Part shown: positions 48,868-61,961 of the stretch, piece after piece
How the letters are laid out: each line of letters begins with the position of its first letter
Numbering within the stretch: the stretch's first letter is position 1
From: Lingula anatina
Taxonomy: Eukaryota > Animalia > Brachiopoda
Direction of reading: 5' to 3'
Assembly: GCA_051362555.1 (NCBI GenBank)
Contig: CM120640.1
Coordinates: 3,844,001 to 3,908,000 of the forward strand
DNA length: 64,000 nt
Program-made: the position numbers and the translations under genes
The notes under the pieces: generated by a model
Databases searched by the model: none
The model's input: the letters and a program-made list of their open reading frames with translations, nothing else
What the model was told of the DNA's origin: nothing

Positions 48868-51800
48868 TTAGTGAAGTGGTACCACAACTATTTCCATGGT
48901 GGTGTTGGTTTTATTATTATAAGCTCTTCTAATGATATCTACAGCTTGAGGATGGGTCACATCTTGGAGACTTTCGCCATCTATGGAAATGATTTCCATG
49001 CCACTCTGAAAAATTGTAAGAAACGACTTAAAAGATGAAAATTCCATACCATAAGCATATCAATTACGTATACTTTATTGCATGATGTTATAGTATCATA
49101 GGATCACTGCCTTTGAAAGTAACAATGCTTCTTAAATTTTAACTCAAAAACTTTCAATTTTATCAAATTTTTGCCTGACCCACCAATCACACTTTATACC
49201 AAATATACAATCACATCACACCTGTAATTTTCAGTGCACCTTTTTTAAGTAATTTTTCAGTGCAGTGAAATAACAACCCAAGTTTTAAAAGTTACTAGAA
49301 ATTTTAACTCCCCTCTATCATCAGCATTCCTCTCCCATTTCTTTTAATGGAAATGGCACAGGATTTTTACTTCCACCATGTGTGGCTGTTCTGAGAAGGA
49401 TCGCCAGGCAGCTTACCTTGAGTATTCCTTGTTCAGCTGCTGCACCACCAGGGAACACTTTCTCCACTTTCACAGTGGGCTGGGTCCTGCTGTCCTTGCC
49501 GCCTGATATACTGATACCTAGAGATAAAATATTACATAAATTTATGCAACTGATAAAGTTACTGAGGACCAATTCAAACTCTTGGGGATTTTGAGCAGCA
49601 TAGCTTCTGTCGTGAAATTCCATGAAAATTCAGGTACATAAAATTTGAAAATATAATGATGCATTTCAATTCAAATGAATTTTACAGTAATTTACTTGTG
49701 ACATGGATGTTATCTAATGTGAATTGAAAACCTTTTTATTGGGTTTCTTTGCCATATACATATATATCAATGAAAAATTACAGGGTTGTGAAAGTCATTT
49801 CAATAAAATTCTCAACAATATCAACTACAATTCAACACCAGACCAACCTAGAGATCTCACATTCTTCTGCAGCTCAATTGAAAGTGTGGATGGAGCTTCA
49901 ACAGTTTCTCCATCAGTGAGATCATCCTCCTCCATGGGCCCATCATGAGGGGGAGGTGTGTCAGGGGGTGGAGGTGCTGTAAAAGACGCCGCAGATCTGG
50001 ACCTGCTAGAGGACCTAGAGGTATCCATGCTGCCTGAGGCTCCTGCTTCCTCAGATAAAGCCACAGACAGATGAAAATCATTATCATCATCGTCGTCGTC
50101 GTCATCCTCCAGGGTACAAGCATCTTTTTCAGCCTCCTGTAGAGAAGAGTGAGCAGTTTGTGTGGATACAGACTCTTGACTGGTCCATGCTGTGAGAGCA
50201 CCAGGAGGGGGTGGAAGTGTGGATGTTGCCATGGCAACATCTGTGAGTTCCTCCTGGGGTGGGGGTGGTGGCAGTGGGGGTGGGGTGGCAACATCATAGT
50301 GACTCAAGTCTGCTGGTAATGGATTGTCACCCGTATTTGGCTTGGTTAAGGTAATATTTGGGATGGCATAGTGTTCTGAAGTGTCCTCAACCTTGTGAAC
50401 TGTGGTATTTTCCTCGTTTTGTATTGTGGTATTTTGGACTTTGTGCTCACTATCATTAACATCTAGTTGTCTTCTACCATTATCACTATCTTGTTCCCTG
50501 AAATTTGGAGAAAACTTGAGAAACTGACAAGAAAATTTACACAACTATAATACAATGTCTAAAAAAGTGCTGAAGATTGCTAAATTTGACATTTCCATTA
50601 ATAACACACTGTTTGAAATGTTATGTACCAGTATAACATCTTTTGGCTCACTGTCTTCAATCCATTACCTTTGTTTTGATTCTACAGTTTTAAGTTTCAA
50701 TAAAAACTGATGCATATCTCAATGAAATGGAAAGAAGCTAATAAAGAATAAAGAAAAATTCCATTTGTGGTGCAAATAGCATGCACATCTCCAAACAATC
50801 ATATGAAAATAAATAGATTTCTAAGACTAGGTTCCCAAACCTAGATCAAGCTAACAGGATCGATCCATCTTCGAGGGGTTTCTCGCTATATTGCTTTCAG
50901 CTTAAGCAGCTTAGATGTCTGGCACACCTACTGAAGCTGCTAAACGATATTTAATTACCTCCTATCAGCTTAAATAGGTGTGACACACATCTAAGCCGTT
51001 TACAATTTAATGAGGATCCCCTCGGAGATAGATCAATCTACAGTTAGTACAACAGGGTCTGGGAATGGTCCCAATAACTGCTATCAAATAAATAATTAGG
51101 GATATCTTAGCAGAAAAATACTTTTTGGCATGATGCATCAACCAATCAAAAGCACAACAATCTTAAATAACAGCAATGACACTAAACAAAGTTGCCCCAG
51201 CAATGTGTGCTGTCGCACTTCACTTTTGCTAACATGCCAACTCATAAATCTCAAATATCATATATGGCAGGATTTTTTCTATTTCAAGCAAAAGTAACTC
51301 ATAACCCAGTGCCTAAAATACTGCTTTCAAAAATAATAATAATAATAATAACAATAATAAGATAAAATAAATAAAAAAGCATTCTTAAACAAACAGATAC
51401 AAATGCTAACCACGGCAGAAAACAAACCACATTCTTTATACCTTGTTACAAATGGGTTGTTCTATCATACCTTATGTGTCTGCAGATAATATAAGTATAA
51501 AAAGGAACCGATCAAAAGCAATGATTAGTGAGAAGCAGTTCATGATAACATTCTAAAGCCAAGTGCTTGTCATAACATACTAAACCATGTATTACCCCAC
51601 CTGTTACCTTCCTGCTGGTAAAAAACATATTTAAAATAATTTTAATCATAAAACACTACATGCTGTACATTAGGCTAAATTTCATATCTAAATTTTTTGT
51701 TACTTTATAATCTTATCTAAAAACAATCTGACAACTAACAGATTTTCTCAATTAGCTAAACTGGCATTTACTAAAATGACAGAGCTTAAGAACTAGCATA

Positions 51801-54800
51801 TGCATAGCATCCTCTTTACTTCAGCCATTAGTCATGACATTAATCAATGTGTTTGCTGTGACATTGTGTTGGATGTGACATCGCATAAAGTGTGACAGTG
51901 CAAGTGAGGCATGCTTTTGTGTTAAATGTTTTATAATATAAAGATAGACTGCCTATGTGTTGGGTGTGACACTGTGTTGGGAGACACTGCAAAAGGTGTG
52001 ACATGAAGTGTACAGTCAAAACTTACAATCTCCCTCGACTGTCCGTGTAATACTGCACACCAGGTCTCTCCTCCTCCTTTTCCTCGTCATTCCCTGTGAA
52101 AGTCACATTGACAGTTTCATAGACTGGGTTCTGCTCCACCCTGGGCCTCAGGTGCTTCTTGTCCCTCTTCACCACAGCATACAACTGCTTTGGAGATGAA
52201 TTGATCGATGATGGCAGACTAGGGTTAGGTTCTCTTGAGTTGGATGCAAGTGGTGACACCTTTAATGGAGTGGAAGTATTCTGTGATGGTGGTGTAGTGT
52301 TCAGGGATGATCCAGCTCTCAGTTCCGATTCAACATCTGACAGATCATCATCATCTACATCCTCATAATCCCCAGCAGCTTGAAGCTTGGGAAATGGGAC
52401 TGTTTCATTGCTCTGCTTTTGGCTCTCCCTTTTTCTCTCCTCCATCTTTTCTTTTCTAATTCTTTCTAAGGCCAGTTTACGCTCATTTTCTCTTTCACGT
52501 TCTTCCTCTGTCTTCAAGCGGAATTGGCCATGGGAGACTAGTAAGTATAAAACATTATTTGCATGAAATAAATGTAACAAAAGATAGTATAATAAAGATA
52601 TCTAGTTGAACTTGACAGAAAAAATCATGAATTAATCTTCATTAATTTCCTTTTAAACCATATTACATAAAAATTGCAAAACCAATATCAAACATAAAAA
52701 ACGTGGTATCATAATGAGGTACTACAAAGTATATCGTATCTTTCAAAAGATGCACCCTTAAATTAGCATGTAAAACATACATGTATGTATTACATCACCA
52801 TAATAGTGTGAGTGAAGTATGTTTACAACATCCACAGGGCACATTAAGGTGTCTGAGAATAATTCAGTTCACTAAATAAAATTTAAAGTGTATTACATTT
52901 AAGTTAGTAAGAGAAAAGAATGATTAAAACTGTTGGTAGAAGTGAGATACAGGGTGATAAAAGGTAAATTACTTTAATTAAATTTAATTTCAACATTAAA
53001 ATGTTTGACAGCTACAGAGCAGAGTGGTATCAGTAAAGGGTTACTGGTGAGAGTCATAGACCACTGACAGGAGAAGTGCTAAGGAATGACAAAAAACTGT
53101 GCTATAGACCTCTTTATAATGCAAACATTAAAATAAGTAGACATTAGTAAAGCCATTCATCTGTGATAATACAACAGCTACTGGGGTGTATAGCATCTAA
53201 GAACAGGTGCGGTAACTTATACAGCCCTGTGCCTTACTTTGACTGCTTGTTTGCTCTACGTCCATGTATGACATTCCTACATCAAGCAAAATATATGAGA
53301 CATATTGTGCTACATGTGACTACTGATGTATACCAGCTATTCCATAAGCATAGATCAAACTACCAAGTAGATGGGATGAATTGTGGGGACAATTTATCCA
53401 GTGATACTTGTGTTCTATGTTCAAAACAATTTCTACATGAAGCAAATTTCATGACGCTGTACATGATTGAAAGGCAAAGCAGTAAACTATTTCATATAAT
53501 GCCTAGGTCATGAAATTCCTGCTTGAAAACTCTGATACAATGTGTTGTCACAAAGCCTGTGTTTACGTAGGAGTTTATATCAACTACAATGTATATCCTC
53601 TCACCTGATACAGGTTCCATGATTTGTTTTCTGGGTGCACCAAAGTAAGTTTTTCCACCTGACCGTCTCATTGGCATGGGGGACGTGGCATTCATTACAT
53701 ACGACAACTCCTCATAAGCCTCCAACTCCTGACGAGATACCATGCTGTCAAATCGCCCTAGGTCCGTGGGGTAGATCACACCTCTGGAATTATGCAAAAC
53801 ATCGAAATATCAGTTATCAATTTATTCCATGTTATTTCTTCTATAGGAGAACTGTTACAACAAAACAACATGATCTACACAGTAACTTTTAAATGGTTTC
53901 AGTTGCCTGTTGTCAAACCACACACTAATTTTCCCAAACATACCTGATCTCCCGTAACAAAAGCATCTTTTCTGGTTTGTCTAAAATAGCAAGTATAGGG
54001 GGCACCACTGACTCTATGTCACGCTCCTCCAAATACTGAAATACATAAAAAATTATTGGTAACCTTTCCAAAACCTAAAACATTATACCCAAATATAACC
54101 GTAATTACTTGTATAGACCAGGAGATTTATAGTTGATATACATGTATATCTTTCTGTGTTATACTGACAATGAACCCAAACCTTACCCTCTTGACGTGCC
54201 GCACTATGGCAGCAGCCTCATCCTCATTGAGCAACTTCCTGGCCATGTCCTCCACCATCTTGAGTGCAGACCCCTGCATGGCTTCCTGCAGCATCAGCTG
54301 GGTGCCGACACCTTTACCAAACTTCTTCAGGTCTGTAAATATTGTATCAACAATATCCATATGCTAACAAGGATCTAAAGATGAACAAACTTTCCAAATA
54401 TTACCAACATCTCTTACTTCTGTCTATAATATTATATAATATTATAGGTGCAAAATCCAGTTGATTATGCTTAATGAAACTTTAGCTAGTAGTATTCTAT
54501 TTGTAAGAAGATTGTGTCCGATAATCGTGATAATTATCTCACTTGGCTCTGCTGTTTTATCACATGACATGTTAAACTTACTGCTTTAACTTTAACATGA
54601 AACGTTTTGTTGTGACCACCTTACCTCCATTTTTCTTCCCATCTGTTTCATCTAATTTCTTATCTTTATCTCCCTTTCCTTTCTTCACAGCTGCTTTAGA
54701 TTTATCTTTAGACTTGCCTCTAACAGACCCTGCTATGATTGTAACATAATAAAATCAGTTAACTATTACTGGAATTCTTAACATCAATTTGTATCAACAA

Positions 54801-57800
54801 AAGAGTCTTCAAACTACAATATTAGAATATAAGGCTGAGCAAAAAAGAACATACTAAAGAAACAATGTGTGGAGGAGTAAAGTGAAAAAAAAAACACAGT
54901 ATATAAAGGTTGGATAGTGTATGTCACCCATGCACCGAGTCTAACATAAAACCGAGCAAAATAAAACACTAACGGTCTAATCTATAGCTTTCTATGTCTC
55001 ATTTTGAAATAAATCACCTTGAGAGCTGTCAGATGTTTTGTCTTTTCTGCCAAACAAAAGTTCTCTGAATGTTCGGGAGCGTTTCACTTTCTTGTTTTCT
55101 TTGGAACCTTTATCAGCAACTGCAAAAGGTATGATATCTAAAACTACTGCGTGCAGAGCTAGAATAGTGGTACAACATTTAGAAAATGACAGCAAGACCA
55201 TTTATTAAGGCAGAAGAAACAACTAAATGAAAATGCTGACATGCATTTGTGCAAATACTTATAGTGAATAAGACACTAAAAATGAATACAGAATGGCATT
55301 ACCCGTTAAAACTGAAAGACATATTAGTGCAAGTGATTAACATGACCAAAAAAAAACAAAAAAACATTGTAACATGCACAATATTGAAATGCATGAAAAA
55401 ATCCAAACAATTGTAAGCAACTTTTGATGTGAATAAGTCCTTAAATGTGGCAGTAAAAGATGGTAGAACTTGGATTCAGAACTTTGTTGTCATGGCAATG
55501 CAAAAATCTATATGTTGAACTGCAAAACTTAAAATATCATTTACAAAGTGTGTGTAAGCGCGCACCAGTGCATGTGTGTGTGTTCTCTCTCACCTGTCTC
55601 CACCCTGAGACTCTGAGTTCTCTCCACAGTGGCACCTTTGTTAGCATTGTTGATATTCAGAGCTTTCATCCCCATAGGTGTCCGCGGCCTTTCCCTCAGG
55701 GTGGCGTTTGGACTGCCCCCTGGTGAGCTGTCCTGGTAGGAGGTGGAGGGGCGTTGCAGGTAGACATCATCGTGGTGGGGCATGATCAGGTCCTTCTGGG
55801 CTGACAGCACTTCCTCGGTCTGGATTGCCATGCTTGAGGTGAAATATTACATAAAATATAATACAGTACAATACAATTTGATTTTATATACAACTAAAAG
55901 CATCTAATTCATCCTGTGAGTATAAAAATATCGAAGAGCACAGAATGAAATATTTTAACCCCATAGGATCCAGTTAATGCTGACCCATAAAGCTCTGCTG
56001 TGCCCAATTAATTCTGTGAGCTAGCCTTGAAAAGCCGGGTCACCTCAGTAAATTGGTCATAATTTTTTTGTTTGCCTTTATTACCCATACAAAGTATACA
56101 TTTTTAAAAAACCAATATTTCAAGCTAAATGAAAATAGAATTACATTTAAATTTAACATGCAGTATCAAAAGTTATAGCCGGTTAAAAACTACATTTTAA
56201 TTTGGCAACGGGTAAAATAAAACAAAGTTGATTTATCTTATGCACATCAATTTTTTATTTCTACATACATTTGCCTGAAAATTCACAGGGATGATGTCAA
56301 TTATAGTAACTTTCAATTCAGGAAATTTCAGCAATTTATCTCTATCAATTTTCAAGTTATGATCGTTTTGCTATCAGGCATACCAGCTTTTCAGCTCACC
56401 TGAACATCGTGGCCAGAGCTGAATAGAAGTCAAATTTTTACACCATCTATGACAAAAATATCTTTAAAACTTATATCATGAATAAAGGAATATCATCCCC
56501 ACTGACTATATCACTGTCACTCGTAAACACCTTATCAGTGTCGTAGTTTTCAATCATTTCAATAACAGTATTCATTCACAGGCCCCTTCCGTAGTGAGAA
56601 GTCACCATTTTGATTTTACTTTCACCAGCTAGGTCTAGAAAATCGCCAATTTCTCGCTCATATATATTTCTATAGTCCTTTATATCATAAATAAATGAAT
56701 ATCAACGCCACTGTCTATGTTACTGTCACACGAAGACTTCTCTTCAAAGTCCGGATTTTCAATCATTTCAATAACAATATCCCTTCGCAGGTCCCTACCG
56801 TAGCGAGGAGCCGCCATCTTGATTTTACTTTCTCCAACTAAGTCTTGAAAATCGCCGTTTTTTCGTTCATATATATTTCCATCGCCTTTAAAAATGGTGG
56901 CAATGAGAGACAAGAAACATACCCGGATGTTAAACTATATATCATTTCATGACTCACGATACAAAAGAGTACAGAAGACGATCTTTCCAAGATACGCACA
57001 TATGCGGTTCTGGGCGTTTGGGGTAAACGATAATTGAACCGCACATATGCGGTGACGGGCTCTATGGGGTTAATGCTTAAATACAAGGTGATATATTTCT
57101 TGTGCTAAAGTTGAGGATTTAGCAAGAATTAGAAAAACAGATTATCAAAAAGATCCATAAGACTAAAATACTACATTTTCTCTGACAAAATGGTATTTAC
57201 AACATCGGTACTCAAAGAATGGGTTAATACATGTAGATAACACATTTGAGATAAGTTGTCCAGATGTACCAACCTATAGGACTCTCCACTGGGAGTGGGG
57301 CTGGGGGTCTGAGTGAACACCTCCACTTTACTCTCAACAAGGGGCGTGTCCTCTCTGAGATGATAACTGCTGTGTGGTCTAGGGGGAGGGGCGGTGGCAG
57401 GCCCTATAATATACATCAGTATTGGGATAGATACAGTCTGCAAGAACTGTCACTAACAATTAAATAATTCTCCTGAGTTTTATAGTTTTACATAAACAAT
57501 TTGGTCTCTGGGATCTTCTCATAAGTTCTTACACTCATTACATAAAAATGCATTAAAACTACACAACAGCCAGCAAAAAATAATTAGCATGTATGATGGA
57601 TGGTGTGAAAATGAAACATAATATGCAATTCAAATCCACAAAAATCATATCATTTCTATTGCTACTTTCAAAATAAAAATAAACAAAAAATGAAATATAA
57701 ATAAAAATAAAATCTTATTTGTTCACTTTTGCATCAACAAATCTACACAGCACCCAACTTAAAAACAACACACTCTCACAGGAAAAAAAACTTGGAAACC

Positions 57801-60800
57801 CATCTCAATCCATAAAGTTTACCTTCTGATATCAGAGAATCTGAGTCTGAACCTTTAAACAAGACATGCACATTGTTCAACTAAGTTAGGTGAATAACAT
57901 TCATGTGAACACTAATAAACTTCCATATATATATATATCTTATTCTAGTACTATGAATCCCTTTTTTCATCTACAGGATTTATACAGCTCAACTTGCACA
58001 CCCTTGCATTAGACTATCTATTTTGAATTTAACTAAATTGGAAATATTTCTGAAGTAAGGAAACAAGGAAGGTATGCCAAAAACTTACTGTTTCTCCTCC
58101 TTCTCCTTGGTTCTCCGTCAACCCAGCTATATTCAGCATACATCTCTTTATACACAGGGAACTTTCCAATGTGCTGTAGAAAATAGTTATAAATGAATAC
58201 ATGTAGAAACAGTAACTTTTATCATTTCCTGCACAACACTTTACTTCCTTCAATAAATGATAAGAGCAATAAATTCTTCCTTTTTAATATTATAGTTAGA
58301 AACCTCTATCATTAAACAGCATATGCATTCAAAAGTAAAACATTGTTGCTAAATCAGTTTAAATTCAATTATAGTTGTTATATTTTGTTACATTATATAT
58401 AATGAGTAGAAGCCCTGTTATTGTTGGTACCTTTATAGTGAGTATGAGCTGTGACTGTGTCTGCAGAAACTCTACAGCTCTGGAGTGAGTGATGCACTCA
58501 AAGTTCTGTCCATTGACAGCTATAATCTGATCCCCATCCACAATCCCCTTCTCCTCTGCCAGCCCTCCTGGATCAACTCTACAGACAGAAATATAACAGT
58601 CAATTACTAAATACAAATACATATTATAGTCAAGTCTACGATTTACACAGATAAACAGATTGTGAGATTTTGTTGTGATCCCCATCAACTATTTAACCCT
58701 AAATTTAATAAGCATCAACTGAAGATGACATGAGCTTTAAAGAAATATAATGGCTGAGTCAATATGACAAAAGTCAGAAACCAAATATAAATACACAGTA
58801 ACACACCATAAATTATCAAATCTTTCAGTACAGAACAGACACACAAAGCTTCACAATAACAGACACAGTACAGCACTGAATATGAGACACTTTTTTTTGC
58901 ATTTTTCGAGGTAGAACTCCCCTCCTCTACATAAGGATGAGATACTAATGAGACAGTACACAATACTAACTTTGACACATATATTCCCAGTCCATATTCA
59001 CTGCCCCCACGTATGTTTATTCCTATAAACTCTCCTCGCTTTGTAGTGGTCAGATTCACTTTCTTGACACCATTATCACTCTGTTGGCTGTCCAGTGGAA
59101 TGTGAAGTGACCCATGGGGAAAAAACTGACCATCAACTATCTTGTGCTCATTAGTGTCAAACCTGAAATTTGGAATAAGTAACTGAGGTTTATCTATTCA
59201 AATGGATTAATAATAAGTTAAAATAAAATCTATATGGTTTATCTGCTACAGCAAAATCAATTTTTTTTCTAAATTTTCTTAATTAACTTACTGAAAACTG
59301 ACTTGGTTAGAACAATCTGGAACAACTGGTTATTTTGGTACAGTGGGTAAAGTTTATACCAGAAAATAATTTCAGGCCAGCATATTTACCAAGATGTCTT
59401 CTCTCTGGCATATTTGAGCCCTGGTATCTTCCCAGTTCTCTTCACTGCCAGTTTGAGTCTGTTGCTGCCAGTGAGGACCCTCACAGCACTGCTGGAGGCC
59501 ACCTTGTCAAAGTTCACATTGTTGGCTTCAAGGATCTGATCCCCCAACTGGAGACCACTGCGATCTGAAATAGAATATTATGCCACAGACATTTATAATG
59601 ACTCCGTACACAATGTCACATTCTTTGGCACTGTCACACACTATTAAATCTACAACTAAAAATATCTTAAATCACTTTTGAATATCTGATATACAACAAA
59701 TATTGAACACCCAGACACAATGATACAGCACCTCATCTGGCCCACCTAACACACTTTTTCTCTTGATTTAATCACTACTTAAGACTCAGAATCTATCCTA
59801 TTAATATAAAACCCTAGACATGCAAATACATTCCTCCCATCTATCTAATCTCTAACTTATTACTTAACAAAAAATCATTCCCCGCCCCCAGTCACCCATT
59901 ATCACCTCCATCCCCCCACACATACATGCCCCTCCCCCCACTGCCTCCTCACCTGCCACAGACCCAGGGTCAATCTCACTGACATACACCCCCAGTCCAT
60001 GCTCTGATCCTCCTCTAATACTGAAGCCCAGAGACTCATCAGGATGTTTGTCTATGTTCACAGTGAGGAATGAACCCTGCTCCTTTCTGTGTCCTCTGTT
60101 CAGGGGCAGTGTCTGGTAGCCTGAGATGTGACCTGGGAATAGAATGCATGAATGAATTACTACTGATTTAGATACAAAAGTTTCAACTCACCAATAAACT
60201 TGGAGTAAAAAAGTTATAAATGAAGACAGGTCCACTTTAACAAGATGGTTGGTTTTGGTTACTTAAAATGTAAACAATGAAATGATCATGCTGAAATAGG
60301 AGAAAAGCCTAATACCTCAAGAGCAAATATGACTAATATCCTAAACTGTGAATTTATTTTACCTACCATTAGCACTATGGCATCTCTTTGTATACATACT
60401 TCCAAGTTTTAGAATCCTCACAAGACACAGGTAAATGAAACTTAATTTCAAAGCTGCATATTTTAAATATTTACAGCTACTGCTATAATTTCCTTTTCTA
60501 AAGCTATATGCCAATAAGCCATTGAAAACACTCTTTTAATAGCATTCTAAGAGAAACATAGGTTTCTTACAATTTCTGCAAGATAAAACATATCATATAG
60601 GGGGCTGTATATTAGCTTAAATCTTTGCCTAATTACACGATGACTGATGTGTTCTTGTATGAATGTTTAACTTGATTCTGTTGTTTACTTCACCTGCAAT
60701 AAAATCAATGCCCTCTACTTAATAGGAACAACTACCTGATCACAGTTTACATTGATCTCTTCACAGCAACAATCTTCTATTATTGATAAAACATACACCT

Positions 60801-61961
60801 GTTAGTATTGATCAGTGCAGTCAGGGAGACTCTCTATAAGTTTATTAACAAACCTGTACCAGTATAATCAATAGGGGCATCACACTATCCAATACCTGGA
60901 CACCACTATTCTGAATTGGGCCCTAAACCAGGATTGAGATAAGCGTGTGTCCTTTCACATAAAGTAGCAGGTTACATAACAGTGATAGTGTTCTGGTATT
61001 AGATGGTGCCTATCAAAAATAACACGATAATATTCAGGTATGAACAGACTGTTACACAAGTCCTATAATACAGTACCAGTGATAACCTTCAGTTCTTGGG
61101 TTGCTATCTACCTGTAAAGAATGACTGATAGTTGCTACCTTAAAATAATGACAACCCCAGGGACAGACTACAGAAAAAGTTGTGTGAAGTAGTGCATAGT
61201 GAAGATGGCATGTTTATATTTATATAAAAAGATTTCATTGTAAAATAATATTTATCTCCCCAATTCAATAAATAAAATTACATATGGAAAATGTTTTACT
61301 AATTTTGATATAAAGAAAGATAAGATTTACCATAAGTATCAACCAGCCACTTTTTGACTAACTGCCCCATTTGTATATTCATACTTTCAAGTCTAGTTAA
61401 TTGTTAATAAATCTGTAATAAATATACTTGACCAACATCAGCTTGAAGTGCTGTTCTTGCACCAGGGTGTCAAAAGTTGATCTAATCAACTAAAATACTA
61501 ATCCTATATTCACATTTATTACTTATAAAAGCGAGCCAACTAGTGACATTAAAAGAAAAAATATATTTACGAGGAACCCCCCATTGCTTACCATTTAATG
61601 CTGGTCTTGACTTTTGCCTGGGGTGCCCAGTGGAATGTCCTGCAGAGTGGGTCCCCCTGGTGGAATGTATTGGTGGGACAAAAGGATGCGCCATTTTATG
61701 ATAGGGCGCCAACTGATCATAGAGACTCAAGTGTGCTGCTGGTATTAAATTGCGTATGTCCTTCAATAAATCCAGTTTGACAGGAGTATCTAATGCTGAC
61801 TGGAGACATTGTACTAGTTTATCCACTCTCTTGTAAGACTGGTATTCTTTGAGTACATTGTAGAGATAATCGCGGTCGTCCTCACTGAGCAACGAGTGGG
61901 CTTTCCTGTAAAACTCCTTGAGTTGCCTTTTACGCAGGGTGCTGGTAGAGCTGGTGGCCAT
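48868..61961 (-). CDS. PDZD7: PDZ domain-containing protein 7 (whirlin/harmonin family): HHD-PDZ1-PDZ2-HHD-Pro/acidic-PDZ3, ~1190 aa, ~18 exons
   Basis: Phase-consistent exons: 61961-61592, 60132-59953, 59564-59390, 59162-58971, 58578-58431, 58173-58089, 57852-57823, 57403-57274, 55832-55594, 55119-55018, 54729-54625, 54332-54187, 54035-53944, 53783-53605, 52537-52027, 50497-49848, 49517-49417, 49005-48868 (3573 nt). Motifs diagnostic of PDZD7 rather than WHRN: [74 protein letters not shown]. Confidence 0.88.
50225..50238. promoter_or_regulatory. Perfect RFX X-box (GTTGCCATGGCAAC) inside a PDZD7 coding exon
   Basis: Exact consensus X-box within the 20-bp perfect palindrome gatgttgccatggcaacatc (50222-50241). 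Function is not shown. Confidence 0.4.
50832..51065. mobile_element. ~235-bp fully foldback (palindromic) MITE in a PDZD7 intron
   Basis: Three nested arm pairs: ttcccaaacc / ggtctgggaa; gatcgatccatcttcgaggggtttctc / gaggatcccctcggagatagatcaatc; gcttagatgtctggcacaccta / taggtgtgacacacatctaagc. Confidence 0.75.
55959..57069. mobile_element. Non-autonomous piggyBac-like element (~1.1 kb) in a PDZD7 intron
   Basis: The termini read TTAA|CCCCATAG...CTATGGGG|TTAA (TTAA at 55955 and 57070). The subterminal motif cgcacatatgcggt occurs at 56995 and 57040. There is an internal ~125-bp diverged direct repeat (about 56548 and 56756) and no full transposase ORF. Confidence 0.75.

Noticed and set aside
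48868-61961. Calling the PDZ gene whirlin (WHRN)/dyschronic
   Set aside because: The architecture is whirlin-like, but the residues flanking all PDZ domains and the central HHD match recalled PDZD7 motifs much better.
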